Source: Gallionella sp.
GTDB taxonomy: Bacteria > Pseudomonadota > Gammaproteobacteria > Burkholderiales > Gallionellaceae
Length of the DNA stretch: 37,525 nt
NCBI GenBank assembly: GCA_039932695.1
Contig: JBDTPM010000024.1
Coordinates: 1-37,525, forward strand
Reading direction: 5' to 3'
Positions 20,596 to 30,629 of the stretch are shown here, in pieces. The notes beneath the pieces are model-generated. The model did no database searches, was not told where the DNA came from, and saw only the letters and a list, made by a program, of their open reading frames with translations. Position 1 is the stretch's first letter; each line of letters begins with the position of its first letter. Both the position numbers and the translations under genes were made by a program.

Positions 20596-21576
20596 ATGAG
20601 TCACTATTCCCCGCTGATCTCCGCATTTGTCACTCTGCTGCTGACATTGATTCTGACCCTGAACAAGGAAGGTTTGCTGCAGGACATTCCCAACGATCGT
20701 TCGTTGCACACAGAACCGGTTCCGCGAACTGGCGGTATCGCATTGATGGCTGGGATATTGTCCGGATGGATGTTGATGATCCAATTCTGGGCTTGGTGGA
20801 TCGTGTTGCCGGCATTGGGTCTGTTCGTACTGTCGCTGGTGGATGACATGCGCAGCCTTACCGCGAGGACGCGCCTGATCGGCCACTTCGTCGCCGCGAT
20901 GATCGTATTGGGCGGTGCGGGGGTTGATTTGTTGTGGTTGCTGCCGGTATTGCTTTATATCGTGTGGATGACCAATCTGTATAACTTCATGGACGGCTCG
21001 GATGGTTTGGCGGGCGGCATGGCACTATTCGGGTTCAGTTTCTATGGCATCGCCGGTTTGATGCATGGCAACGAAATATTTGCGATGATGAATTTCTCGG
21101 TAGGGGCTGCGGCATTGGGATTTTTGTACCACAACTTTCATCCGGCCAAGGTGTTCATGGGCGATGCGGGATCGATCCCGCTCGGATTTCTCGCCGCGGC
21201 ATTCGGAGTATGGGGCTGGCAACAAGGCTTCTGGCCCTTCTGGTTCCCGATTCTGGTGTTTTCGCCGTTCGTGGCCGACGCGACCTTGACGCTATTTAAA
21301 CGCGCGCGGCGCGGAGAAAAACTTGCTCAAGCGCATCGCAGCCATTATTACCAGCGTTTGGTACAAATGGGTTGGGGGCATCGCAATACCGCGATAGTAG
21401 AATACCTGCTGATGTTCCTGGCGGGGGCCTCCGCGCTGTGGGGCATCAGCCTGGATATCCAGGGACAAGGCAATCTGCTGGCGTGGTGGGGTGCGATCTA
21501 TCTGGGGCTGACGATGTGGGTCGACCGTCGTTGGCGGCGGTATCAAGCAGCCAGGGAAAGTGTTGCGGGGAAATAA
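20596..21576 (+). CDS. MraY/WecA/WbpL-family polyprenyl-phosphate HexNAc-1-phosphate transferase
   Basis: DIPNDRSLH..PVPRTGG, LVDD, NLYNFMDGSDGLAG, KVFMGDAGS, AHRSHYYQRL. Confidence 0.92.
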   Translation: MSHYSPLISAFVTLLLTLILTLNKEGLLQDIPNDRSLHTEPVPRTGGIALMAGILSGWMLMIQFWAWWIVLPALGLFVLSLVDDMRSLTARTRLIGHFVAAMIVLGGAGVDLLWLLPVLLYIVWMTNLYNFMDGSDGLAGGMALFGFSFYGIAGLMHGNEIFAMMNFSVGAAALGFLYHNFHPAKVFMGDAGSIPLGFLAAAFGVWGWQQGFWPFWFPILVFSPFVADATLTLFKRARRGEKLAQAHRSHYYQRLVQMGWGHRNTAIVEYLLMFLAGASALWGISLDIQGQGNLLAWWGAIYLGLTMWVDRRWRRYQAARESVAGK

Positions 21577-21605
21577 ACCCGGATTGCTATTAGTCGGAAC
21601 GTCCT

Positions 21606-21682
21606 AACCCCTCCCAACCCTCCCCTTGTCAGGGGAGTACCGAACCCGCTCCTCCCCTGACAAGGGGAGGCTGGGAGGGGTT
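21606..21682. repeat. Nested GC-rich palindrome (CTCCCC..GGGGAG doublet)
   Basis: Arms 21606-21637 and 21652-21682 are near-perfect inverted repeats; each arm contains its own hairpin, CTCCCCT-N4-AGGGGAG. Confidence 0.85.
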
Positions 21683-21778
21683 TGTAGTTATTGGACAGTC
21701 TGGGTTATATCTCAGGATAGATGGTACGTTTTGAGAACCAGCAACTGCAACAAAGTAGTCTTGATAAAGGAAACACAG

Positions 21779-23707
21779 TTGATATTTAACTCCAATACTC
21801 GCACCGCATTAGCGGTGTTGCATGATGCGATCGCCACCGTGCTGGCATGGAGTTTCGCTTATTTGCTGCGTTTCAATTTTGAATTGCCGCCCGAATTTGC
21901 TGCTGAGCTACAACATACCGTGCTTTGGGTAGTACCCTTGCAATTGGTCATTTTTTGGCGATTCAATCTGTATCGCGGCATTTGGCGATATGCCAGTACA
22001 ACCGACCTGCGCCGCATATTTTTGGCGGTCATGCTGTCTGCGGCGGTTGTCCCAATGATGTTCATGATGCTGCGTCTGGATTTTGTGATTCCGCGTTCGG
22101 TACTGGTGATCAATCCTTTGCTGCTGATATTGCTGATGGGTGGAAGCCGATTTGCTTATCGGCTGTGGAAAGAACAGGGACTCTACGGCGACTTCAAGTT
22201 GAGTGGAGAACCGGTGCTGGTATTGGGCGCTGGCGATGCGGCGGCCAGTCTGTCCAAGGATTTGGTCAAGAACGGTGAGTGGCGGTTGGTTGGCTTTTTG
22301 GATGACGATACCGACACGCATGGGCGCACCCTGAACGGGGTGAGAGTGTTAGGCGCGCTGGACAGTTTGTCGGAGTGGGCTGACCGGCTCGGGGTATCGC
22401 AAGTGATCATCGCCATGCCTTCAAGCTCGCATCAACAGCGCAAGCGGGCGATCCAGCTTTGCAATCAAGCCGAGCTGAAAGCACTCACGGTGCCCTCATT
22501 CGATGACTTGATGAGCGGGAAAGTGGCGGTGTCGCAGTTGCGCGCGATCGAGCTGGACGATCTGCTGGGACGAGACCCGGTGGTGCTGGATGATGCCGGA
22601 TTACATGCGTTGCTGGGTGGCCAGGTAGTGATGGTGACTGGTGCGGGCGGTTCGATAGGCTCGGAGCTGTGCATCCAGATCGCACGATTTGTCCCCACCA
22701 AGCTGGTGCTGTTTGAAGCCAGCGAATTTGCGCTGTACACGATAGAGCAGGAATTGAAACAGAATTTCCCCGCATTGAATTTTGTGTGTCTGGTTGGCGA
22801 TGTGCGCGATGCCGCGCGAGTGGACGAAGCAATGCAGTTACATCGCCCTACGGTGTTGTTCCACGCTGCTGCCTATAAGCACGTGCCGTTGATGGAGCAG
22901 CACAATGCCTGGCAAGCGATACGCAATAATGTGCTGGGTACCTGGACAGTGGCGCGCGCGGCCCAGCAACACGGAGTCAACAAGTTCGTGATGATCTCGA
23001 CCGACAAGGCGGTGAATCCCACCAATGTGATGGGAGCCAGCAAACGTCTGGCCGAGATGGTGTGTCAGGCGTTGCAGGGAAACCACCATTCCCATGAAGA
23101 TTCCTCCGCAGTTGGTGAGGAGAGAACCAAGTTTGTGATAGTGCGATTCGGCAATGTGCTCGGTAGCGCCGGCAGCGTCATTCCCAAGTTCCATGCGCAA
23201 ATCGCACAAGGTGGTCCGGTCACCGTCACGCATCCCGAGATCACCCGATATTTCATGTCGATACCCGAAGCGGCGCAGCTGGTGTTGCAGGCCGGATTGA
23301 TGGGGTATGGCGGCGAGATATTCGTGCTCGACATGGGAGAACCGGTGAAGATCGCGGATCTGGCAAAAGACCTGATACGCTTGTCCGGCTTTACAGAGGA
23401 TGAGATCAAGATCGAATTCACCGGGCTGCGTCCAGGCGAAAAACTTTATGAAGAATTGCTGGCGGACAGCGAACATACCCTGCCAACGCCGCATCCAAAA
23501 TTGCGTATCGCACAAGCCCGGCAGGCCGATGCTGACTGGCTGCTGAAACTGCTGAACTGGGTTGCCGCAACTACCATGCCGGATGACGCGGTACGCGCGG
23601 CACTCATGCAGTGGGTGCCGGAATATCAGCCGAAATCCCATGATTCATCTCCTGAGCCACTTTCTGTCCGAAACTCATCCGGGTTCAAACAGGGTGGCCA
23701 AACGTGA
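21779..23707 (+). CDS. WbpM/PglF/CapD-family membrane-bound UDP-GlcNAc 4,6-dehydratase
   Basis: N-terminal TM segments; DLLGR, GAGGSIGSEL, HAAAYKHVP, ISTDKAV.P.NVMGASK, RFGNVLGS, RPGEKLYEEL. TTG start after AAAGGA; the upstream ORF extension runs through a repeat. Confidence 0.93.
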   Translation: MIFNSNTRTALAVLHDAIATVLAWSFAYLLRFNFELPPEFAAELQHTVLWVVPLQLVIFWRFNLYRGIWRYASTTDLRRIFLAVMLSAAVVPMMFMMLRLDFVIPRSVLVINPLLLILLMGGSRFAYRLWKEQGLYGDFKLSGEPVLVLGAGDAAASLSKDLVKNGEWRLVGFLDDDTDTHGRTLNGVRVLGALDSLSEWADRLGVSQVIIAMPSSSHQQRKRAIQLCNQAELKALTVPSFDDLMSGKVAVSQLRAIELDDLLGRDPVVLDDAGLHALLGGQVVMVTGAGGSIGSELCIQIARFVPTKLVLFEASEFALYTIEQELKQNFPALNFVCLVGDVRDAARVDEAMQLHRPTVLFHAAAYKHVPLMEQHNAWQAIRNNVLGTWTVARAAQQHGVNKFVMISTDKAVNPTNVMGASKRLAEMVCQALQGNHHSHEDSSAVGEERTKFVIVRFGNVLGSAGSVIPKFHAQIAQGGPVTVTHPEITRYFMSIPEAAQLVLQAGLMGYGGEIFVLDMGEPVKIADLAKDLIRLSGFTEDEIKIEFTGLRPGEKLYEELLADSEHTLPTPHPKLRIAQARQADADWLLKLLNWVAATTMPDDAVRAALMQWVPEYQPKSHDSSPEPLSVRNSSGFKQGGQT

Positions 23708-23797
23708 AACGAATAGCTGCCGATGCCGAATCGTTTTGGAATTCATTTACAGAAATAATGTTGGTGACGTTGACACGCCTTGATGTGACTCATAGTC

Positions 23798-24553
23798 ATG
23801 GCTAGGATATCCATCATCATAATCACCAAGAACGAAGCCGCCAATATCCGTGCTTGCCTGGAATCGGTGAAGTGGGCCGACGAGATCATTGTGGTAGATT
23901 CCGGCAGCAGCGATGCGACTGTAGAGATCTGCAAGGAATTCGGTGCGCAGGTTCATGTAACAGATTGGCCGGGCTTCGGTGCCCAGAAGAACCGTGCTTT
24001 AAGTTATGCGACAAACGATTGGGTTTTTTCCATCGATGCCGACGAACGCATGACAGCAGAGTTGCGCACGGAGATTGAACGCTCGATCCGCGAGGGAAAT
24101 GCGCAAGGTTATTTTTGCCCGCGCTTGTCTCAGTTCTGCGGCAAGTTCATACACCACAGCGGCTGGTATCCCGATTACGTGTTGCGTCTTTTCAAGCGCG
24201 ACAGCGGTCGCTTCTCGGATCATCTGGTGCACGAGAGTGTTTTGGTGAATGGTGCTACTGTCAAACTCAAGAATCCGTTATTGCACTATAGTTACCTGAC
24301 CGAGGCCGACGTGCAACGCAAGATCGAGCAGTATTCAATGGCGGCGGCCAAGCAGATGTATCAAAGCGGCAAACGTGCAACGCCGTTTGACGCGCCGCTT
24401 CGTAGCGCCTGGGCATTCATTCGGACTTATCTGTTGCGGCAGGGATTTATGGATGGGGTTGCGGGATGGCGCATCGCGAGGATGAATGCCGCGACGACCT
24501 TTTTGAAATATCAACGGCTGCGTCAACTGCTGTCAACTCAAGCGCCGCTTTAA
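23798..24553 (+). CDS. GT2 LPS-core glycosyltransferase (KdtX/WaaE/LgtF-like)
   Basis: TKNEA, VVDSGSSD, WPGFGAQKN, IDADE, WYPDY..RLF, VHE, GFMDG. Confidence 0.9.
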   Translation: MARISIIIITKNEAANIRACLESVKWADEIIVVDSGSSDATVEICKEFGAQVHVTDWPGFGAQKNRALSYATNDWVFSIDADERMTAELRTEIERSIREGNAQGYFCPRLSQFCGKFIHHSGWYPDYVLRLFKRDSGRFSDHLVHESVLVNGATVKLKNPLLHYSYLTEADVQRKIEQYSMAAAKQMYQSGKRATPFDAPLRSAWAFIRTYLLRQGFMDGVAGWRIARMNAATTFLKYQRLRQLLSTQAPL

Positions 24554-25372
24554 ATCGCTGCGTAGCACTTGCCAGCGAAACTCCCGGGTGTCCTCAGGTT
24601 CAGCCAGCGTCAATCCGGATGCAACTTGCCCGCGTCGCAAGTAATATCGGTCGAACACCGACTGACGTAGCCCCCACTTGTGCAGGAACTGTCTGGGGCC
24701 ATCGTTTTTGACCACTTTCCCGGTCGATTTGCACTGGAAGTGGTACACCAGCGATGCGCCCACTCCCAGGAAGATTCGGCAGCCTGCGTGCCACAGTTTC
24801 ATCGAGAAATCGTTGTCGCTGCTCATGCCGGGTGACAATTCGCTGCTATATCCGCCGACCTTGAACCACCACCGTTTGTGTACCAAAGTAGGCGGCCAGG
24901 TTGACCCGTACCAGTCTTGTTTATGAAGATCGGGGAGATCGCTCAACAGGCGTTGCTCGTCGAAGTCATCAACATCCCTGCCATAGTCGCCTACGATGAC
25001 GCATGGATTTCCGGTGTCTCTTGGTTCTATCATCGTGCCGGAAAGCATGAACAGATCGGTATCCAGCGTGTTGAGTTTCTCGATCAAGGCACCATCCCAA
25101 CCCGGGCAGCAGTACATGTCATCGTTCAGGTACAGAATGTAATCATGCTTGGCCAACATCGCGGCTTCGTTCACCGCCAGACAGATACCCACATTCTGGG
25201 GTGTATACGTATGGGCCAATTGCTCGGCCTTGACCCAATCCAGTGTGCCATCGCTACCATCGTTGACGTGGATGATGATCTGATGCGTGTAGCGCGAATT
25301 CTGAAGGATGCTGCGCACGCACAGCTTTAGCAGATCGAGGTTGTTCCAGGTGGGGATGAGTATCGAGAACAT
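24533..25372 (-). CDS. Glycosyltransferase family 2
   Basis: FSILIPTWNN, NDGSDG, LNDDM, VGGYS, YHF. Confidence 0.88.
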   Translation of the reverse strand: MFSILIPTWNNLDLLKLCVRSILQNSRYTHQIIIHVNDGSDGTLDWVKAEQLAHTYTPQNVGICLAVNEAAMLAKHDYILYLNDDMYCCPGWDGALIEKLNTLDTDLFMLSGTMIEPRDTGNPCVIVGDYGRDVDDFDEQRLLSDLPDLHKQDWYGSTWPPTLVHKRWWFKVGGYSSELSPGMSSDNDFSMKLWHAGCRIFLGVGASLVYHFQCKSTGKVVKNDGPRQFLHKWGLRQSVFDRYYLRRGQVASGLTLAEPEDTREFRWQVLRSDLKRRLS

Positions 25373-25599
25373 AGTGTGCACTCAGGGATTTGGTTTAACT
25401 GCGATAGCCGGTAGATTTCATGCAACGAGAAAACGTATTTTCTTTGTCTTGCAAATAGTACAGATTGTACAGAAGTTGACTGAGAATCCAACGAGCCTGG
25501 AAATGGTGGGGTTCCTGTCAATGAAAGTTGCGGAGCGTTTTGCTTGTGCACAGTGTTCGGGTATTCTCGCATCTTCTTACTAGCCCTGTCAGTTAGCGC

Positions 25600-26661
25600 A
25601 TGTCAAAAGAACAGCTTACTATCATCCAGATCGCGCGCCGCTTCGGTCCTGTTGGCGGCATGGAGCGTTACGCGTGGGAAGTCTCTCGAGAACTGAAGGC
25701 GTTGGGCCATCACGTGATTGTGCTGTGTGAGCGTTGCCATGCAGAGAAGCCGACAGGGATGAAGGTCGTCGAATTGGGAGAGGTTGCCATGCGCCCGCGC
25801 TGGCTTGCTCAGGTGCGCTTTGCGCGACGGGTGCGCGAGTGGTTACGGCAAAATCCGCAGCCGGGCGCGTTGATACACAGTCACGAGCGTGTGGACGTGC
25901 ATGACGTCACCACTTTCCATGGCCCCCCGTTCGCCAACATACTCGACCGCCCGTTCTGGCGGCGGCTGTCATTCCGGGTCGCCATGCGCTTGTTTCTGGA
26001 ACGGCGCGAGTTGCGTATAGCGCAGGCTATCGTGCCCAATTCGCGTTTCATCGCCGATCAACTGGAACATTACTATCCCGAGTATGCGGCCAAACTTACT
26101 TCACCCATCCTGCCAGGGGTCGAGACGGGTGCCATACGTGCAGCGCGCAGAGTTCCATCGGGTGGAGGTGTGGTGTGCTTCGTCGGACTGGAGTGGGAGC
26201 GCAAGGGGTTGCAATTCGCCGTAGATATTGTCAAGGAGCTGCGCCGAGAACGCTCTGAACTTGAGTTGTGGGTGGTCGGACCTCCACCGGAGCAGGTACA
26301 GCATTTATTCGCAACATGGGAAGGCGGCTATCGGCTGCTCGGATTTTGCAAGGACAACGAATATTTTACGGGTGCCGATGTGATGTTGCATCCGGCCAAA
26401 GCCGAGCCATATGGCATGGTGATCGCTGAGGCGATGGCAGCCCAAGTGCCGGTAGTCATCTCGGACGTGTGCGGTGCCGCAGCGGATGTTGGCGCCGCTT
26501 CGGGACGCGTGTTGTCTTTGCAGTCATCGCTGCAAGAATGGGTGGCAGCGGTCGATCAACAGTTGCAGCGGTGCGACGCACCTCCCGCTTACCACCGAAG
26601 TTGGCGCGAGGTGGCATTGGAGCATGAGGCGCTGTATCGCGATATGCGGGGCAAGCTATGA
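25600..26661 (+). CDS. Glycosyltransferase family 4 (WaaG-like core transferase)
   Basis: GGMERY, HSHER, RKG, EPYGMVIAEAMAA. Confidence 0.88.
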   Translation: MSKEQLTIIQIARRFGPVGGMERYAWEVSRELKALGHHVIVLCERCHAEKPTGMKVVELGEVAMRPRWLAQVRFARRVREWLRQNPQPGALIHSHERVDVHDVTTFHGPPFANILDRPFWRRLSFRVAMRLFLERRELRIAQAIVPNSRFIADQLEHYYPEYAAKLTSPILPGVETGAIRAARRVPSGGGVVCFVGLEWERKGLQFAVDIVKELRRERSELELWVVGPPPEQVQHLFATWEGGYRLLGFCKDNEYFTGADVMLHPAKAEPYGMVIAEAMAAQVPVVISDVCGAAADVGAASGRVLSLQSSLQEWVAAVDQQLQRCDAPPAYHRSWREVALEHEALYRDMRGKL

Positions 26662-26900
26662 GAGATCATTCGCCCTTCGAAAGATACCTGGAGTCGCAAG
26701 GTAAGGGCTGCGCTTGCGGCCAAACTTGAGGCCGACGGGGAAAACATACTCGATGTCTTTGTCGCTCATCCTTGCTAATCGTCATGGTACGGCGAGACCT
26801 TGCTGAAATACCGCCCCATTCACTTGCATATAAGTTGAATCGTTGATTGCGGCGACACAAACAAACGGGCATGAGCAGTACATTGTTGCTCTGGACAGGA

Positions 26901-29108
26901 TTACTTGTGCGGCAGCCCCAGCGCGTCCAGAATCGCATCGACCGATTGTTTGGTTCCTATAGGCGGTACCGAGGTTTGGGGAAGTCTGTCTGCTTTCCAG
27001 TCGGCATAAGCTTGGGCAAGGACAGCCACGATCTCATCCTGATGGTCAGATGCCGCCATGTAGTAATTCCGCTCGGATAGCATACGGTCGAGTTGCGGAT
27101 TCTTGTAGGTCAGTGCGATGACAGGACGTCCTGCCCAGAAATATTCATAAAGTTTGGACGGGATATATTCGCGGCAATCTTCGATGCTCCCGTGCACCAT
27201 CAGCAAACAGTCTGCCTGATGCATCAGGTCTATGACTTGTTCCCTGCCTGACCGCCCGGTTTGAGGCGCTCTTTCCAGACGACCGAAACAGACGAACACA
27301 TCACCCAGTTTACGCAGGGCGATCTCCTTCATGGCATTCGAATCTATGCTGCCCCCGTAAACATGGATACGTATCGTTGATCGAATCTCCGGTTGCTGTT
27401 CAATCAAGGCAGCGACTGCTTGAACGAATGGAAATAAAGAACGGGTACTTGATAATGAGCCGAAGTGGCTTATTACCATCTGTTTCCCGCGCTGATATTT
27501 TGCATCGGTATCAAAACGTTCTACACCCGGCAGGATGGCAATTCCGCGTTTACCCAATTCAGGGTATCGTAGTCGTGCGCTGTTAAGCGCGCCTTCGGTG
27601 AACCACCACACCAAGTCTGCGTTTCGACAAATATAGCCTTCCAGCTTTTCCATGAAGAGCTCATTGCGGGATTTCTTGCCTCCCGCTATGGCCATGGGAT
27701 CGTGGATTTCGGCGATCCACTTGATACCGGTAATTCTCATTAGCCAATAGCCGGCCAAGTGTGCCGAATAGGCACCGCCCGTGGTATAGATCAGATCCGG
27801 GCGATTTTTGCGAATCAGAAGCAAAGAGCGTATGGTCGCCGGCAATGCCCATGAAGATTGTCCTTGCAGGCCGAACAGGGCGCGCTCGACAAGGCTGAAA
27901 GGTGCAAGCAGGATCGCCAGCAGGAATCCAAAGGTATTGTAAATTAAACCCCGCCCGAACTTCATCGCGATCAGATGTCGCAAGTCAAATCGCAAGCCGG
28001 AAGGACCCCACGGCAATAATTGAAGATGCGGAGTATTCTGATCGCGATTCCCCAGCACCCCGCTGACAACACTCATCTTGATTCCATTGGCGCGCAAATA
28101 CGGTAATTTGTCGGTGATGGTCAGGCTTGCTGCCCTGCCGTCCATATTGAAAGCGTGTGAAATGATGAGCCAGTTTTGTTCGGGGAATTCAGTTGAATCA
28201 GAATCCCAGGATCCCTGTCCTGGCGTGGCATCCCAGATATTGATATCCTGCAGCGGGTAATCGCGAAACAATCCATAACCGGCACGGCGCAGCTTTCCCA
28301 GCAAGGTGGCACGAGGAAACAGACTGGAATGCTGGGCGACAAGTTGTGCTGGTGCTGTGCGTTTCAATCGGGACATGTAACGCCGGTAGAATTCATCCTG
28401 GGTGATGCCCCATTTCATCACAAATATCCGTCCACCCATGTTGTGACGGATGCGTCCAGTACTCTTGCAGGAGAAGTGATAGAAACGGCTGGTGCCGACG
28501 ATACGAAAATGGCGGCAGCCGACCACCCAGAATTTCATCAGCAGGTCATCATCACTGCTCATGCCGGGGCTGAATTCCAGGCTATACCCCCCCACCATCA
28601 GCCACCATTTGCGATTAAACAAGGTTGGTTGCGAGGATCCGCCTTCCACATCATCACGCGCTTCGGAAAAACATTCGCGTAACAAACGTGGTTCATCAAA
28701 ATCCTGCGGGGTTGTCCCAAAATCTTGCTTGAGTATGTAGGGGTTCCTGCCATTATCAGCCTGGATCAACGTGGAAAAGTACAAGGCCAAGTCAGTATCA
28801 GCTGACGCGATAGCCTGTGCAAAAGCGGCATCCCAACCTGGGCAAGCCACCATGTCGTCATTCATATAGAGCACCCAATCGTGGCTCGTTTGAGCGACAA
28901 GGTGATTGACTGACAAACATACGCCGATGTTCTTCCGGGTATGGGTATATTTGATACCTTGTTCCTTCACCCAGTCGAGCGAACCATCAGAGCCGTCATT
29001 GATGTGCACGATGATCTCGTGCTCGAATGCGGAATGCCTGCGGATGCTGTTCACGCACAGTTTCAGGAACTCCAGATTGTTCCAGGTGGGGATGATGACG
29101 CTAAACAT
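26901..29108 (-). CDS. Two-domain glycosyltransferase: N-terminal GT2 fused to a C-terminal GT-B (GT4-like) domain
   Basis: N-terminal domain is paralogous to 24533-25372; C-terminal domain has IAEIHDP, HFGSL..R and IPSKLYEY..AGRPVIAL; one uninterrupted 735-codon frame. Confidence 0.85.
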   Translation of the reverse strand: MFSVIIPTWNNLEFLKLCVNSIRRHSAFEHEIIVHINDGSDGSLDWVKEQGIKYTHTRKNIGVCLSVNHLVAQTSHDWVLYMNDDMVACPGWDAAFAQAIASADTDLALYFSTLIQADNGRNPYILKQDFGTTPQDFDEPRLLRECFSEARDDVEGGSSQPTLFNRKWWLMVGGYSLEFSPGMSSDDDLLMKFWVVGCRHFRIVGTSRFYHFSCKSTGRIRHNMGGRIFVMKWGITQDEFYRRYMSRLKRTAPAQLVAQHSSLFPRATLLGKLRRAGYGLFRDYPLQDINIWDATPGQGSWDSDSTEFPEQNWLIISHAFNMDGRAASLTITDKLPYLRANGIKMSVVSGVLGNRDQNTPHLQLLPWGPSGLRFDLRHLIAMKFGRGLIYNTFGFLLAILLAPFSLVERALFGLQGQSSWALPATIRSLLLIRKNRPDLIYTTGGAYSAHLAGYWLMRITGIKWIAEIHDPMAIAGGKKSRNELFMEKLEGYICRNADLVWWFTEGALNSARLRYPELGKRGIAILPGVERFDTDAKYQRGKQMVISHFGSLSSTRSLFPFVQAVAALIEQQPEIRSTIRIHVYGGSIDSNAMKEIALRKLGDVFVCFGRLERAPQTGRSGREQVIDLMHQADCLLMVHGSIEDCREYIPSKLYEYFWAGRPVIALTYKNPQLDRMLSERNYYMAASDHQDEIVAVLAQAYADWKADRLPQTSVPPIGTKQSVDAILDALGLPHK

Positions 29109-30345
29109 GAGAGACCTGGCTTGCAGTTTTGTGGGTGGCGGCGGCTAATAATACAGCCACGGTAAGGCTGTAAAATGCTGCGGTCATTTTTAAATTAAAA
29201 ATCTCAACGGTCAGGCCGAAAATAAAATATCCTGCGACCATACAAGTTCCGATGAATGCCGCCGCTCTTATTTGAGCTACCGGCGATCGCGTTGAGCGCA
29301 CGAAAATAATAAAGGGCACTGCATAAATAGACAGGATGGAAAGCAATCCGAAAATACCCATCCCGGCGGTTTTAGCCAGTATTTCGTTATGCACTTCACC
29401 GCGTCCTAAGCTGGCAGCTGTTGTAGTCAGCATCCCGCTGTCGCTTAATGGCGCCATCATTTGCGCGAAACCATCCGGCCCGACACCAAAAATAGGATGC
29501 TGAACAAATAAATAAAGGGCCGCTTGCCAAAGTTGCAGACGGACACCGATGGAGGTGTCTTTGTTGCCATGATAATAACCGGCCAAGTCATGATAGATCA
29601 TGTCCAACCTCTGATGCACTGTATCATTCAACACATAGCTGAGAACGGCTAGCAGCAAAACGGAGAGTAGTGCAGCAGCAAGCTTGTGCCAGGGTTTTTC
29701 GGGATTGCGTGACAAGAACAGGATAATGATAAACACCGGGATGGCGGCCCAGCCACCACGCGTGCCGGATCGTACCGACAGGTACACCCCGGCCAGCAAG
29801 CCACAAATCTTGAGGATCAAGACCAGTGCACGGTCTCGCTGCTGCCAGTTGATGGCAAGCACGGAAAGGAAACCCAGCATCAAAACCGAGTCGCCAAAAT
29901 GAATGTGGTTTACGAAATCAAGGCCATCATTCCAGGTGCGCAGGTTGAATACCGCATAAAGCAATGCGGACAGTGCGCCCAAGGGCAAGCCATATTGCAG
30001 CATGGTGATGGTACTCATTTTTACCTGGCGTAGCGCGAGGAATATCGGGATGGCTAGTAAAAACCGGGATGGCGCGTCATAGGGCGGGGCTGTAAATGCG
30101 CCATGATAAGCCTGGCTTAAAAAGACGGCTAACATCGGGGACGACATGGCGATTGCAAATGCTATGCTATAACTATCCCACAGGCTGGTTGGTAGGGGTT
30201 TGGGTGTACGGAACAAGCAGAATACAGACGTGATGAGCAGTAGGAAAAATAGCCCATTCATGCCGCCTTTGACCGTCAGCAGCAATATGGGGTAACACAG
30301 CAATACCAGCATGATGATGCGGTTCGTGATTAGATTTTTTTGCAC
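29101..30345 (-). CDS. waaL: O-antigen ligase family protein
   Basis: Many TM segments; SGTRGGW, RLQLW, FGVG, HNEIL (conserved Arg/His); located among core glycosyltransferase genes. Confidence 0.82.
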   Translation of the reverse strand: MQKNLITNRIIMLVLLCYPILLLTVKGGMNGLFFLLLITSVFCLFRTPKPLPTSLWDSYSIAFAIAMSSPMLAVFLSQAYHGAFTAPPYDAPSRFLLAIPIFLALRQVKMSTITMLQYGLPLGALSALLYAVFNLRTWNDGLDFVNHIHFGDSVLMLGFLSVLAINWQQRDRALVLILKICGLLAGVYLSVRSGTRGGWAAIPVFIIILFLSRNPEKPWHKLAAALLSVLLLAVLSYVLNDTVHQRLDMIYHDLAGYYHGNKDTSIGVRLQLWQAALYLFVQHPIFGVGPDGFAQMMAPLSDSGMLTTTAASLGRGEVHNEILAKTAGMGIFGLLSILSIYAVPFIIFVRSTRSPVAQIRAAAFIGTCMVAGYFIFGLTVEIFNLKMTAAFYSLTVAVLLAAATHKTASQVSHV

Positions 30346-30425
30346 AAGAACTTTCCGAATCGGATTTGTTACTGTTTATGGCGTTGAAATAACGCTGTAC
30401 GACAATTCAATGGATAGCTTGGGCA

Positions 30426-30614
30426 ATGATAACCTATGCAGTAGGCGACATACAGAGCTGTTATATCGAACTGATGCAACTGATTGAGCATACCCGCTTC
30501 GACCCGACGGCAGACCGGTTGTGGCTGGTCGGCGACTTGGTCATCCGCGCGAATAGCCGCTTAAGCTCCAAGCATATGCAACACCATACTAGGGGTTGCC
30601 AAAAAGTGAACTGA
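30426..30614 (+). pseudogene. apaH: Truncated symmetrical bis(5'-nucleosyl)-tetraphosphatase (about the first 41 codons only)
   Basis: MITYAVGDIQSC..FDPTADRLWLVGDLVIR matches the ApaH N-terminus (GDxxGC, LWxxGDLVNRG) with degraded motif residues; similarity then stops and the frame ends. Confidence 0.85.
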
Positions 30615-30629
30615 ACCTGCAACTCGAAT

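Noticed and set aside
23077-23127. Extra peptide GNHHSHEDSSAVGEER in the WbpM-like protein as a repeat insertion
   Set aside because: No palindromic DNA underlies it, and this position looks like an ordinary variable loop.
26662-26900. Possible gene remnant between convergent glycosyltransferases
   Set aside because: No recognisable protein motif or repeat in the frames examined.
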